NCBI GenBank assembly: GCA_964016885.1
Contig: OZ024764.1
Coordinates: 3,658,001 to 3,722,000 of the forward strand
From: Eledone cirrhosa
Lineage: Eukaryota
DNA: 64,000 bases
Direction: 5' to 3'
Part shown: piece after piece, positions 25,465 through 37,267 of the stretch
Layout: every line of letters starts with the position of its first letter
How positions within the stretch are numbered: position 1 is the stretch's first letter
The notes under the pieces: model-generated
Database searches by the model: none
Seen by the model: the letters and a program-made list of their open reading frames with translations, nothing else
What the model was told of the DNA's origin: nothing
Made by a program: the position numbers and the translations under genes

Positions 25465-25752
25465 CAACATTGCTAGTACTAATGGTACTTTTGCTGGGAG
25501 TAGTAAAGCTGTGGTGGAAATTTGTTTTAATGTTGTTTTTGGTGGCAATGTATATATTTTTTAACAATAAATTATCAACCGTATTTTCCAGCCTACTGGA
25601 TGCCCCTTTGGATAAGACGTTCCTTCTCTTTTTATTACATTTTATGCTATTTAACATTTATAGGCATTTTTATGGACCACGTCCAATATTTGCAGTTTTT
25701 CACTCTTCGCAGATGCTCTATAAATGTAACCCCTGCAAATACTGGGGGACAA

Positions 25753-25790
<38 letters not shown>

Positions 25791-25955
25791 ATATATAGTA
25801 TTAAAGATACTATTTATGGTTATGTATATACTAAAACCTTTTATAGTTATATATATTTTAAACCCTAAATAGTGAAAGACAGTAATTTATTACTACCTTA
25901 TTACCAGTAAGATAAATAGCTCAATGTAACAACATCAGTTGTTTTACAGAGCAGT

Positions 25956-26288
25956 TATATAGAAATTACATGAATCAAAGTTCTGTTTAAATCATTTATT
26001 CGCTTACAATTGTTTCTTCCAAACCGAGGTTTGGAGTCTTCGGAGCAATTATTCAGTGATTTTTTACTACATACTTGACCTCCTTTTCAACACAAGAGAC
26101 ATATAGGTCAATATATGTGGGTCAATATATACATATGTTTCTATATGTCTCTTGTGTTGAAAAGGAGGTCAAGTATGTAAAAAATCACTGAATAATTGCT
26201 CCGAAGACTCCAAACCTCGGTTTGGAAGAAACAATTGTAAGCAAATAAATGATTTAATAAGAACTTTGATTCATGTAATTTCTATATA
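25956..26288. repeat. About 330-bp palindrome, one hammerhead motif per arm
   Basis: 25956-26106 mirrors 26141-26288. Confidence 0.88.
26196..26244 (+). ncRNA. Minimal hammerhead motif with U4C core (mirror copy 26000-26048 on minus)
   Basis: TTGCT CCGAAGA CTCCAAACC-TC-GGTTTGGAA GAAA CAATTG TA AGCAA. Confidence 0.7.
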
Positions 26289-26416
26289 TATATGTATATA
26301 TATATGGAAAGTTATATTTAAATTGTTGGGTTACAACAAGTAAATATTAATAACCACCACTTTGAAATACCAATTTCCATTTATTTAATATCGTATATAT
26401 ATATATATATATATAT

Positions 26417-28138
26417 TAGTGTCACGAATGATCAGAAAAAGGAGGCCTGGAAATGTTATTATGAGAGACTGATGAATGTGGAGAACGAATGGGAGAGAGA
26501 GAAATTACCCTCAGTAGATCCGACAGAGGGACCAGCTATTGAGATTGACGAATATAGGGTCCAAGAGGCGATTAAGGAAATGAAAAATGGTAAGACTGCT
26601 GGACTATCGGGGATAGTTGCTGAGATGCTGAAGGCATCAGGGGATGTAGGCACTAAACTGGTTGCACGCATCATCAGTCAGGATATATATGGCGGTGTCA
26701 TACCCAAAGACTGGTGCAGCAGTATTCTCATAAATTGCTACAAAGGTAAAGGGGATGCTCTGGAGAGGATCAATTATAGAGGTATAAAACTGATGGATCA
26801 GGTTATGAAAGTGGCAGAAAGGATATTAGCACAACTAATTAGAGAAAGGGTCAAACTAGATGAGATGCAGTTTGGTTTTGTGCCTGGAAAAGTACAACAG
26901 TGCCCTCTTCTTGGTGAGACAATTACAAGGGAGGTTCTTAGAGAAAAATAAGCCACTATACTTAGCCTTTGTTGACCTAGAGAAGGCCTTTGATAGGGTA
27001 CCCCGATCTGTCATCTGGTGGTCCCTAAGGGAGGAAACTAGGTGTTGAGGAATGGATTGTGAAGACAGTGCAAACTTTGTATAGAGGTAGTGTCAGTAAA
27101 GTCAGGGTAGGAATGGAGTTTAGTGAGGAATTCCAGATACAAGTAGGAGTACATCAAGGTTCGGTCCTCAGTCCACTCTTGTTCATTATAGTCCTCCAAG
27201 CCATAACAGAGGAGTTTAAGATGGGCTGTCCATGGGAACTTCTCTATGCTGACGATCTGGTTCTTATAGCAGAATCAATAGAGGAGCTAGAGAATAAATT
27301 CTGGCTATGGAAAGAGCAGTTGGAAGCAAGAGGACTGAGAGTGAACCTAGCTAAGACAAAAGTGTTGATGAGTAGAAAAGAGCACAAAACTCTGATTCCG
27401 TCAGGGAAATGGCCATGTTCGATATGCAGAAAAGGAACTGGCATAAATTCTATAAAATGCACACAATGCAGATCCTGGGTACACAAGAGATGTAGCGGGA
27501 TAGCAGGCAAACTAACATGTAGGGAGAAATACGTATGCAGTAGATGTTCAGGGAAATTAATGCAGGCGGGTGCTATAGAAGTGGTGGATAGCTTCCGGTA
27601 CCTAGGAGATCAGATTAGCATGTGTTCCGAGGCCATAGTATCTAGGATAAGGATGGGTTGGAAGAAGTTTAGGGAGCTGCTTCCTCTGCTGACGAAGAAG
27701 GGTTTCTCCCTGCGTACGAAAGGCCGGTTATATGATGCCTGTGTGAGGAGCACGATGCTGCATGGTAGTGAGACATGGGCAGCAACTGCAGAGGATATGC
27801 GACGGCTGGAGAGAAATGAGGCAAGCATGCTCCATTGGATGTGCAGTATCAATGTGCGTGAACGACTCAGCATGGATGTGTTGACAGAGAAACTGTGTCT
27901 GAATGTAGTGTGCGAGAGAGGAGGCTGCAGTGGTATGGACATGTGATGCGCATGGAGGATGACAGATGGCTGAAGAAGTGCCAGGAATTGCCAGTTGAAG
28001 GAAGACGTGGTAGAGGTAGACCACGAAAAACAAGGGCGGAGGTGGTGAGAACAGACCTCAGATCGCTGAAGCTCACGGTGGAGATGACGAAGGACCGTGA
28101 CAAGTGGAGAGATGCTGTGCTGAATAGGACCCGTCCGA
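26417..28138 (+). mobile_element. RTE-clade LINE family 2, 5'-truncated, frameshifted
   Basis: ORFs 26472, 26860, 27059 and 27895 carry RT motifs (GVHQGSVLSP, YADD); close to 49074-51108. Confidence 0.93.
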
Positions 28139-28328
28139 CCACGACCACTTTACAGTGGAATGATAGGGACCCCAGTCCCTATCATCTCATTTCTACAGCT
28201 GAGTAAACTGGAACAATGTGAAATAAAGTGTCTTGCTCAAGGAAACAACACATCACCCGGTCTGAGAATTGAACTCACAACCTTTCAATTGCAAGGCCAA
28301 TGCTCTAACCACTAAGCCATGTGCCTCC
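28139..28328 (-). mobile_element. SINE family A, 5' half
   Basis: Antisense match to SINE A head and core. Confidence 0.85.
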
Positions 28329-28346
28329 TACATAAATATATACCAA

Positions 28347-28525
28347 TGGTAGATGGCAGTATCGGCAGGCGTCTTTACGATCTAAGTTCAAACCTTATCG
28401 AGGTCAGCTTTGCTTTTCATCTTTACGAGGTTCATAAAGTAAAGTACCAGTAATGCACTGGGGGCGATTTAATCAACTTTTCCTTCCCCAAAGTCTGTTG
28501 GCCTTGTGCCTTAATCAGAAACCCT
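28347..28525 (+). mobile_element. SINE family B, diverged
   Basis: TGGCAGTATCGG..GTTCAAACC..CTTTGCTTTTCATCTTTACGAGG..GTACCAG. Confidence 0.7.
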
Positions 28526-29330
28526 TATTATTGAGTACCCAGGTGAAACACCACAGTAATAAGATTCATAACTTAACCAAAATAAAGAATATTTCATCGT
28601 TACTCCAGTATTGAGTTCTCATGTCCGTCAATTTCATGTGTACCAACATCATTGTTTAAAGTATCTTTTCCTTACTTACATAGCTTAGCCCTTTACCATT
28701 TACATTACTCTATATATACTATTGTATTTTCACAGTACAGGCTTTACCTCACATAATATCTCACATACCATTTACATTACTCTATATATACTATTGTATT
28801 TTCACAGTACAGGCTTTACCTCACATAATATCTCACATAACATTTACATTACTCTATATATACTATTGTATTTTCACAGTAAAGGCTTTACCTCACATAA
28901 TATCTCACATAACATTTACATTACTCTATATATACTATTGTATTGTCACAGTAAAGGCTTTACCTCACATAATATCTCACATAACATTTACATTACTCTA
29001 TATACACTATTGTATTTTCACAGTAAGGGCTTTACCTCACATAACATTTACATTACTCTATATATACTATTGTATTTTCACAGTAAAGGCTTTACCTCAC
29101 ATAATATCTCACATAACATCTCGTATACGAGAGACGTGTGTTGACGTGTGTGAACAAGCTCGGCTACCGAGTCGGATTTACTTACTCAAAAAGTGAGTTT
29201 TGATTAATTTTTTTATACTGTAATATACGTTAACCCCTTGCCTTGGTCGTCAAACTTTGAGTTTATTTATTTTCGCCCCTTTTTGGGGCGAATTTTCCAG
29301 TTAAAAATTTATTACGGCAAACTAATAGAA

Positions 29331-31068
29331 ATGGACGGAATTTTCACATCTCATCCTAACGTGAAAGCCACGCCCCCTAAGAAAGGTGATACAGAGAAGC
29401 TAGAAGCACAAGGCTCTAAGTCTTCCCTCCTCACTTCTGCAAAAGAAACATGGAACACGGAATTAAAAGAAAAATTTGTAGAAATGGGTGAAAACCCAGA
29501 AAGTCACATAAACGCAGACAAAAACATCAACGACAATAACAGCAATAGTCACAACACCAACCAAGGAAAAAATAACGATAACACCAAACAAAGTGAACCC
29601 ACTACTGGTACCTCCTTTGCACAGGCGGTCCGGAAAACACAAACCTGCAAGCAACTGGACATTACAACTCTGAGAGAAAAGATGAAGGAAGCGAAACAGT
29701 ATGTAACTTTCAAAGAAGGAGGAGACTTCACAATCACCTCCCCACAAGAAATCAAAAGAGACACGACGCTAAGAACGATATCTTTCAGAACAATTTCCAA
29801 CATAACAAGGAAACCAACTCAATTATCCCAAAAAGAGATTGAGCTGGTCCTAAAAAATGTGTGGAGTGATATATCGTTCATACAAAAAAGGGCCACTCTA
29901 TGGGAATATAACGGTCCTAATGAAGGATCAATTGACGGCCAGGAAATACTCTGTGGCACCAATTGTTTCCAAGATATATACATTTTTCCCCACATATTTA
30001 GGGAAAAGAACGCAGAAGATAAGGGTCTCCGGAATCCGGCCAAATGCATGCATTTCCTGGGTACTAACAGGATTTTTAGAAGACGAGGACGGAATCCTCT
30101 CAGTAGGAGAAGTCACCACAGACGTTTTCGGCGGTTTGAGCGTGGAGGTTCTGGTCCAAATGAGACCAGAACGAATCGCTAGAATACCACAGAGGGTGTC
30201 CCTCGATGGAGAAACATTTATATATATTTCAGCCGAGGGTAGGAGGCCCATATGTTACTACTGTTCAAGCAGGGGTCATCTAAGGGCTGCTTGTCCTCAA
30301 TTGACAAAAAAAAAGGCTCTTTTGCCTACACCCCACACACCACCACCGCCACCACCACCACCACCTCCACCACCACCACCACAACAACAACAAAAACAAC
30401 AGGGAAAAATAACACAAGACACGGCCCCACCCAAAACAACTCCCAAAACACACACAAATACAACAAAACCCCAAAATACACCACTACCCGACAGCACGGA
30501 CGAGGACCCAGCGGAAACGGCACCTAGTGACGAAGAGGGGGAACCCTTCCAACCTGTAAAAAGGAAAAAAAGAAAGCACCACTCGAACATAAACGAAACA
30601 AACACACAACCACCAACAAAAACAAAACAAACAGAACAAACAAAATCCGCCCCACCCCAAAACATAACACATACAACAAAACGTAAGCACACACAAGAAC
30701 AACAAACAAACACAACACAAATAAAACAGTATACATACATTAACACAAATAACAAAGAACTAGTAAAAACAATACACAAAGACCCTTTGGTGGAAACTGA
30801 AGGGCAATTCTTTGCAAGCGCGGCCAACAAACCGCATTTAAAAATGATAAGACTCCCAATGGACACCTATGCAAAACTAAGAGAGAACTTTCCTGAGGAC
30901 GTGGGGAAAACATGTACTCGACCCTATAACCGCGTCCTCTTGAAACGTTTCCCCACCCACACCTCACCAAACACCCCCACTCCACCACAGAACAACACCC
31001 CACCAAACAACCCCTCCAATACGCCCATGGATATTGTGCAACCTGCTCCTCAGGAGCCGAACAGGTAG
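29331..31068 (+). pseudogene. LINE ORF1 (zinc-knuckle RNA-binding protein), one frameshift near 29884-29890
   Basis: Frame of ORF 29238..30182 switches +1 to ORF 29857..31068 at an A6 run; SFAQAV motif; CYYCSSRGHLRAAC. Confidence 0.72.
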
Positions 31069-31089
31069 GTCCTTCCTCTTTTAACCAAC

Positions 31090-34000
31090 ATGGCTGATAT
31101 AAGAGTTGGGTTTCTGAATGTACGTGGCCTGGGACTGTCTTGGAAACAAGGCAAACTTTTAAACGATCTCAGGTCACATAGAATGGATGTAATGGCTATT
31201 TGCGAGTCCAGGATCAGCAGCGAGCACCAACTGGCGCCCCTCTTCGACGACTTTGAGATCTTCGCATCTCTCTGTCAACCGGGGAGTGGGGGTGGAGTTG
31301 TCGTTCTGCTGCGAAAACACCTGGGCCTCGCCATACAGAAGGTGCACCTGGACCCGGAGGGTCGACTGGTGGTTTTAGACGTCGGCAGTAGTGAAAGTGG
31401 AGCCCTTAGACTAATAGCTGTGTACGCCCCTTTTTGGGCAGCGCGGCCGGAATACTTCCAACGTCTGGAAACTTTTCTGGGAACGTCCCGCTCCTTGCTT
31501 TTAGTGGGGGACTGGAATGGTATCCTGGATGCACGTTGGGACTATGTAGGGGCATGTGCCAATAGAGGGGGGTGTAAAAGCCTCAAAAGGTTAATCGGCC
31601 GATTTGACCTGGCCGATAGATATCGACTAGATTTTCCGACTGTACCACTATGGACGTGGACCAATCGCAGTGGAACATCTAGGTCGTACCTAGATAGGGT
31701 CCTAGTTAGAGAGAACGATAGGGACACATTTAGCTGTCCAAAAATGTTCATGGTTGACTATTCGGATCACAAGTTAGTGACCTGCATAGCCAACCTTGAT
31801 AGAACCCATAGACAGGGACCCGGTTACTGGAAGCTGAACTTGTCCTTACCGAGAAGCAAAGCTTACAGTAAACGGATTAGCACGTTAGTTAAGCAGAATT
31901 TGACAGGGGCAATTGTCAACAACAGGTGGTGGAGCTCTCTTAAGAGAGCAATTAGAATAGAATCGATAGGTTTTAGTCAGGAATTAGCAAGGGATAGGAA
32001 CAAGACGGAAAGGGAATTAGTAGATAGAGTAGAAGAGGCGATTAGGAGTGGCAATGTAGCCGGCGTGCTGGCATCAAGAATGGCCTTAGACCAGTTCTTT
32101 GAGGTGAAGCATGAAGGCTGCGTTGTCAGGAGTAAAATACGTGCTCTGGGTAATGAGGGAGCCAAAGCTGTAAGCTGGGCCCGAGTGATAGAGGCAAAAA
32201 GTGGGAACAAGTCCACGATTCGGTCTTTGAAGGACCAGGATGGGCGTGTGATCCTTGAACCTGGGCAGATGTGTGCGGCCTTTCAGCGGCACTTTGCACG
32301 ACTGTTCGAGAGGGGCGGCGCGCCGGGTGAGACTATGGATTTCAATCCATACCTCGACGGTCTGCCGCGCCTCTCGGACGCGGAGGAGAAGTCCTGCGAA
32401 AGGACGATTTCAGCTGCTGAGATAGGGGCGGCGCTGAGCCAATGCGGCAAACGCAAATCCCCGGGTCTCGATGGTCTACCATACGAGCTATATGTAGCGA
32501 TGCCGGACTTGTTCTCCGATATCCTCGAAGCGGTCTACTGCAACTGGCAGCAGAACGGGAGAATTCCCAGTTCTGTGACCAAGGGCGTAGTTACGCTGGT
32601 GAGGAAGGATGAGAACAAGGGGGATGACATAAGTAACTTCAGGCCCATAACTCTGCTAAATACAGAGTTAAAGATTTTGGCCAAGGTGTTAGCGAAGAGG
32701 TTGGCGCTTGTCGTTGGAAACCTGGTGGGAGAAGCGCAGACATGCGCAATCCCGTCCAGGTCCATTCACGACAATCTCCACCTTATGCGATACATCATAG
32801 AGAGGGTAGGGAATGAACCCGGCTTTGGTGGGGCCCTGATCAACTTGGATCAATCTAAAGCTTTCGATAGGGTTGACCATCGTTACCTGGATGCGGTGCT
32901 CGCGGCGGCAGGCTTCGGACCCGTTTTCAGGGGTTGGATTGCTGCGATGCACAGCAGCAACGTCTGCTCAAGGGTCAAGGTGAACGGCCACCTCTCGGAG
33001 CCGTTCCAAATCATGCGATCCATCCGACAGGGATGCCCTCTCTCCTCCCTACTGTATGTGCTGGCTCTTGAGCCACTACTGCGGAAGTTGGAGCGGTTGC
33101 AGGGCATCCCTTTGGAACCGGGATTGCAGAAAGCGGCGTCGGCCTACGCCGATGACGTGACAGTAATGGTGTCGAAAACCTCGCAAATCGGTGAGATCGG
33201 CACCTTACTGGAGGAATATGAAAGGTTTACAGGAGCCAAGCTGAACCGGGACAAGTCCGTCGGTTTGCAACTCGGAACATGGAGAGGCAAACCGATGCCC
33301 TCCAACGACGTCGTCGGACGCTGGACGGAGGGCCCGGTGAAGCTGCTTGGGGTCTGGTTCGGACCAGACCTCCAGGTGGAGAAAAACTGGAACGAGGTAA
33401 CGGCCAGGGTGTTTGCACTCACCCAGAAGTGGGCCCAGTGCAAACTATCCCTGAAAGGTCGAGCGGAGGTGGCGAATACTTATATAGCATCCGTCATCTA
33501 CTACCGCTTGACCGTCGTGCCTTGCCCAGTGAAAAGACTCGCCAAAATGGAGTGCGCGCTGTTCCAATTTCTTTGGAACAAGCGGACCCCTTTGGTGAGG
33601 AGATCCATCTGCTGTCAACACCCTTCGAAAGGAGGGCTGGGGATGCCGTGGCTACAGATGCGTAAACACGCATTAAGGCTACGGCACCTCCAGGTATTCC
33701 TCACCGGTCAACCGGTGTGGGCCCCGTTTGTGAGGCGAGCCTTTCCCAGACTCGTCTCGCTCACCGAGCTGCAATCCTGGGTCAAGCAAAGACCGAGAAA
33801 AGTGGGCGACTGGCACATTGAATGTGCCCAGGCGCTCACGGCCCTCTGGAAAGCGGACCCGGCAATCAGTGGAGACTCCACCTCGACATTCTATAGAGGG
33901 TTGGTACGCAGCAGGTGCGACGATGCTCTCGGAGAAGCTCTAGGCATGGAGGAAGATGAACTGGCCAGTCTGTTCGGTAGGACGTTTGGCCCTGGACCGA

Positions 34001-34527
34001 TGGACAACTTCCAAAAGTCCCTGGCTTGGCAGTGCTACCGAGGGGCTCTACCCGTTCGAGACAAGCTCCACAGACATGGGAGCCTGGGTAGAGATCCTTT
34101 GAATAAGATCTGTCCGAGATGCGTGCATGATGACGAAACCGTTGCGCACGCATTCGTACACTGCCCAGGCATTGCTGACCTGTGGGGCTATGTGGAACGA
34201 CTACTGTCGAGGGTGGGACCAATCCGGTTGACCACCGAGTCCATTGTCACGATCAAACCGCCTCCCCCTTTCAAAAACGAAGGAGAGGCGGTTTTTCTCT
34301 GTGTGGTAGCCATGGCTAAAGAAGTTGTATGGTGGACGAGGCTGAAAGGGCTGAGGTCAGACACCTTTCTCTCCGGCCAACAACTGGTCCCCTTTTTCAA
34401 ATACCATTTTAAAAGAAGGATCAGAATGGAGAGAGAGGTGCTCTACCCCAGCAAGTTTTATGAAAGGTGGGTGAAAGTAGGGAGAATGGCCAGAGTGAAT
34501 GGGTCTTCTCTCTATATCAGCCTGTAG
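31090..34527 (+). CDS. LINE ORF2: AP endonuclease, reverse transcriptase, C-terminal zinc finger (1145 aa)
   Basis: LNVRGL, GDWN, SYLDRV, SDH; SPGLDGLP, FRPITLLN, LDQSKAFDRV, QGCPLS, YADD; CPRC..ETVAHAFVHC; no stops. Confidence 0.95.
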   Translation: MADIRVGFLNVRGLGLSWKQGKLLNDLRSHRMDVMAICESRISSEHQLAPLFDDFEIFASLCQPGSGGGVVVLLRKHLGLAIQKVHLDPEGRLVVLDVGSSESGALRLIAVYAPFWAARPEYFQRLETFLGTSRSLLLVGDWNGILDARWDYVGACANRGGCKSLKRLIGRFDLADRYRLDFPTVPLWTWTNRSGTSRSYLDRVLVRENDRDTFSCPKMFMVDYSDHKLVTCIANLDRTHRQGPGYWKLNLSLPRSKAYSKRISTLVKQNLTGAIVNNRWWSSLKRAIRIESIGFSQELARDRNKTERELVDRVEEAIRSGNVAGVLASRMALDQFFEVKHEGCVVRSKIRALGNEGAKAVSWARVIEAKSGNKSTIRSLKDQDGRVILEPGQMCAAFQRHFARLFERGGAPGETMDFNPYLDGLPRLSDAEEKSCERTISAAEIGAALSQCGKRKSPGLDGLPYELYVAMPDLFSDILEAVYCNWQQNGRIPSSVTKGVVTLVRKDENKGDDISNFRPITLLNTELKILAKVLAKRLALVVGNLVGEAQTCAIPSRSIHDNLHLMRYIIERVGNEPGFGGALINLDQSKAFDRVDHRYLDAVLAAAGFGPVFRGWIAAMHSSNVCSRVKVNGHLSEPFQIMRSIRQGCPLSSLLYVLALEPLLRKLERLQGIPLEPGLQKAASAYADDVTVMVSKTSQIGEIGTLLEEYERFTGAKLNRDKSVGLQLGTWRGKPMPSNDVVGRWTEGPVKLLGVWFGPDLQVEKNWNEVTARVFALTQKWAQCKLSLKGRAEVANTYIASVIYYRLTVVPCPVKRLAKMECALFQFLWNKRTPLVRRSICCQHPSKGGLGMPWLQMRKHALRLRHLQVFLTGQPVWAPFVRRAFPRLVSLTELQSWVKQRPRKVGDWHIECAQALTALWKADPAISGDSTSTFYRGLVRSRCDDALGEALGMEEDELASLFGRTFGPGPMDNFQKSLAWQCYRGALPVRDKLHRHGSLGRDPLNKICPRCVHDDETVAHAFVHCPGIADLWGYVERLLSRVGPIRLTTESIVTIKPPPPFKNEGEAVFLCVVAMAKEVVWWTRLKGLRSDTFLSGQQLVPFFKYHFKRRIRMEREVLYPSKFYERWVKVGRMARVNGSSLYISL

Positions 34528-35064
34528 GTGAAAGAAGAGGAAAAAGCGGAGACGAGGGAAGCACCTACTCTTTGTGCTCCTGAGGAGAAGGGTTACACAT
34601 TTTTTCCGGGGTGTGTGCGACCCATGTTAATGCCCCCTCCCTATTGAGGACTTCGTTTGTTGTTGTTATTTCATTGTTATATTTTTGTACTCGTTAATTA
34701 TATGTAAACTTCCCCCCTTGTATCTGTCCCTACCTTTTGTGCCCTAGTGGCAAATAAAGAAACCACTCTATATATACTATTGTATTTTCACAGTAAAGGC
34801 TTTACCTCACATAATATCTCACATAACATTTACGTTATATATATTATTGTATTTTTGTGGTAAAAGCTTCATCTTACATAATTATCTCACAGAAGAGCAA
34901 CTCTAAGAGATTTTGATATCATTTATTGTGTGAACAATACCTTAACATCAGTATGAGCAGCCAGTTATGGTTGGTTTGAACAGAAAGAGGTGAGAGAATT
35001 CTGGCCGGATATGGCTGGTTTAAATGCTAAAGGGTTAAAGAAGAACAATGGATTTTATGTGATA

Positions 35065-35973
35065 CTAGCAGTGGTACCCGGCGTTGCACGGGATAAGGTA
35101 TTTTGGAACGCGGGCCGCCAATAGACCTAATCGTGGAAAAACTGCATGCCTGGACAATATGTAAAGAAAATAAACCGAATACTCTGATGGCTGGATAATC
35201 CTTAAGATTTTCCTCGATGAAGCAGGAAAAATGCAGGTTTTCACCTAATGCGGGCCCTAGGGGATAAATAAAATGAATTTTTTTTATGTGCATAATATGC
35301 CTTGAAATTTTGGGAAAATCGGCTAGACATAACGCCTCCAAAAAGCCCTAAAAAGCTGAAAAAGGAAGTTTTTCACCTAATGCGGGCCCTAGGCCATAAG
35401 AAAGTTGGATTTTCTTTGCTCACAGTATGAAGAAGAGACTGACTAATACATAGTTACAATTTCAAAGAAATCGGTCTGACATAACGCCTCAAAAAACTCC
35501 TAAAAATGTTAAAAAACGCAGTTTTTCACCTAATGCTGGCCCTAGGAGATAAAAAGTTGAATTTTTTTCATGTGCATAACACTCCCTGAAACATAAGTAA
35601 TACACGTGTAAAGTTTGAAAAAAATCGGTTGGGTACTTCGCGAATTTTAGAGATTCAAACTCACAGACACACACACACAAACAGACATCCTCAGGGAAGT
35701 GACGTAATGCAGACATACAGACAGATATTATAAGGGCGCGATGTTATAAGTATGTATCTATCTAAAAAGAGAAAGACTAAGAATTATAGAGCGAGATTGC
35801 TGGTAGCTAGGGCATTGAAAATTTGAAATTTGAAATTTTTTGCTCAGAACACTCCCTGAAACGTAAGTATTTCATGTGTAAAGTTTGAAAACAGTCGGTT
35901 GGGTGGTTCTCGAGTTTTAGGGATTCGAACTCACACACACACAGACTGACATCCTCAGTTTTATATATATAGA
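35065..35973 (-). mobile_element. Non-autonomous Helitron-like element
   Basis: Minus strand starts TCTATATATATAAAAC and ends CCCGTGCAACGCCGGG hairpin..CTAG; related to 43375-43948. Confidence 0.75.
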
Positions 35974-37267
35974 CTAGCAGAAAACCGCCTACCGGGTGGT
36001 TTTCTGCTAGTATATATATATATATTACACACACAGAAATGTATATATATTTCTGTGTGTGCGTATATATATATATATATATATATTACACACACAGAAA
36101 TGTATATATATTTCTGTGTGTATATATATATATATTACACACACAGAAATGTATATATATTTCTGTGTTTATATATATATATTTCTGTGTGTGTATATAT
36201 ATATTACACACACACAGAAATGTATATATGTTTCTGTAGCACTCTTCAATTCCCCCCTCTCTCCCTCCCGCTATCCCCCTCTTGTAGTCTGTCTCTTTCT
36301 TTCACTCTCACTCTACGCGTGCACAAAAAACATTTGCACGCACGCACGTGTTTTAGCATCTATTCACTCTCTCTCCCTCCCGCTATCCCCCTCTCGTAGT
36401 CTGTCTCTTTCTTTCACTCTCACTCTCTCTCTACGCGCGCGCAAAAAACATTCGCACGCGCACACGTGTTTCCACTGTCGGACAGACAGACAAACAGAGA
36501 AATTGCTGGTTATATATTATAAGGAGATTACCTTAATGACATTCCTAACTACAAATAAAATACAGGTAGAAATTATAAATTGTTAAATGAGATACTTGTT
36601 TTTCCCTGTCGTTGGATAGCTTCTCTACATCAGGTGAAATATTACATTCAATTAAGTAAGTCTTGTGGCTAGACATATTCCCTAGTCAGTATTCTGATCC
36701 AGAATAATTCAGAGCTCTTTTTTAGGGGTCACTTAGCCTAAGATTGAAACCTGTTGATAGGCTGGACAAAAATCCTTCATGGGCCGAGGGTTGAAAACCC
36801 TCGGCTCGGGGCTTGCAACAGGCGGCGCACGGGCCATAATCCAGCCCACCAGGGTAGCCCGTGATGACTGTTTTTAATTTTTACCTTGTAGGCTTATTTA
36901 GAATTTTTTTTCCTAACCGTAATACTTCTGTTAGTTGACCTGTACTGAAGGGCTTCACTGATAGGGTTATATGTTATAATTTCCCAGTCCCATGTTATGG
37001 AAAGAAGTTGTGGTGAATCTTTGGAATAGTGTTTAGTAAATATCAATGGCCCTAATAGTTGTTCCAATGTTCAAAAGTGGCCCCCCAATGGAATATGTTG
37101 CCCACCCCTAGTCGAGGAAATCCTCCAGATCTATGGTGTCCTTGGGATTGCAACAGGGATGTATCCCCATTCTTTCTCTTGACAATCTTGGATTACATTC
37201 TGAGAAAGTCCTTGAATACCTGTCGACATGGCTTAAAATATTGAAAAGTAAAACTGCTGGATTGAAA

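Larger units (their letters stand above)
29120..34764 (+). mobile_element. Apparently full-length Tx1-clade (L1 group) LINE
   Basis: 5' UTR, ORF1, intact ORF2, 3' UTR ending AATAAAGAAACC. Confidence 0.88.
28689..35034 (+). mobile_element. piggyBac-type MITE with internal 72-bp array, interrupted by a Tx1 LINE
   Basis: TTAG|CCCTTTA...TAAAGGG|TTAA; array 28697-29119 resumes at 34765; unique arm 34890-35034 matches the other two copies. Confidence 0.82.

Noticed and set aside
25470-25868. 132-aa hydrophobic ORF after the orphan CDS
   Set aside because: TTG start, T-rich 3' UTR-like composition, spans AATAAA and a (TA)n tract
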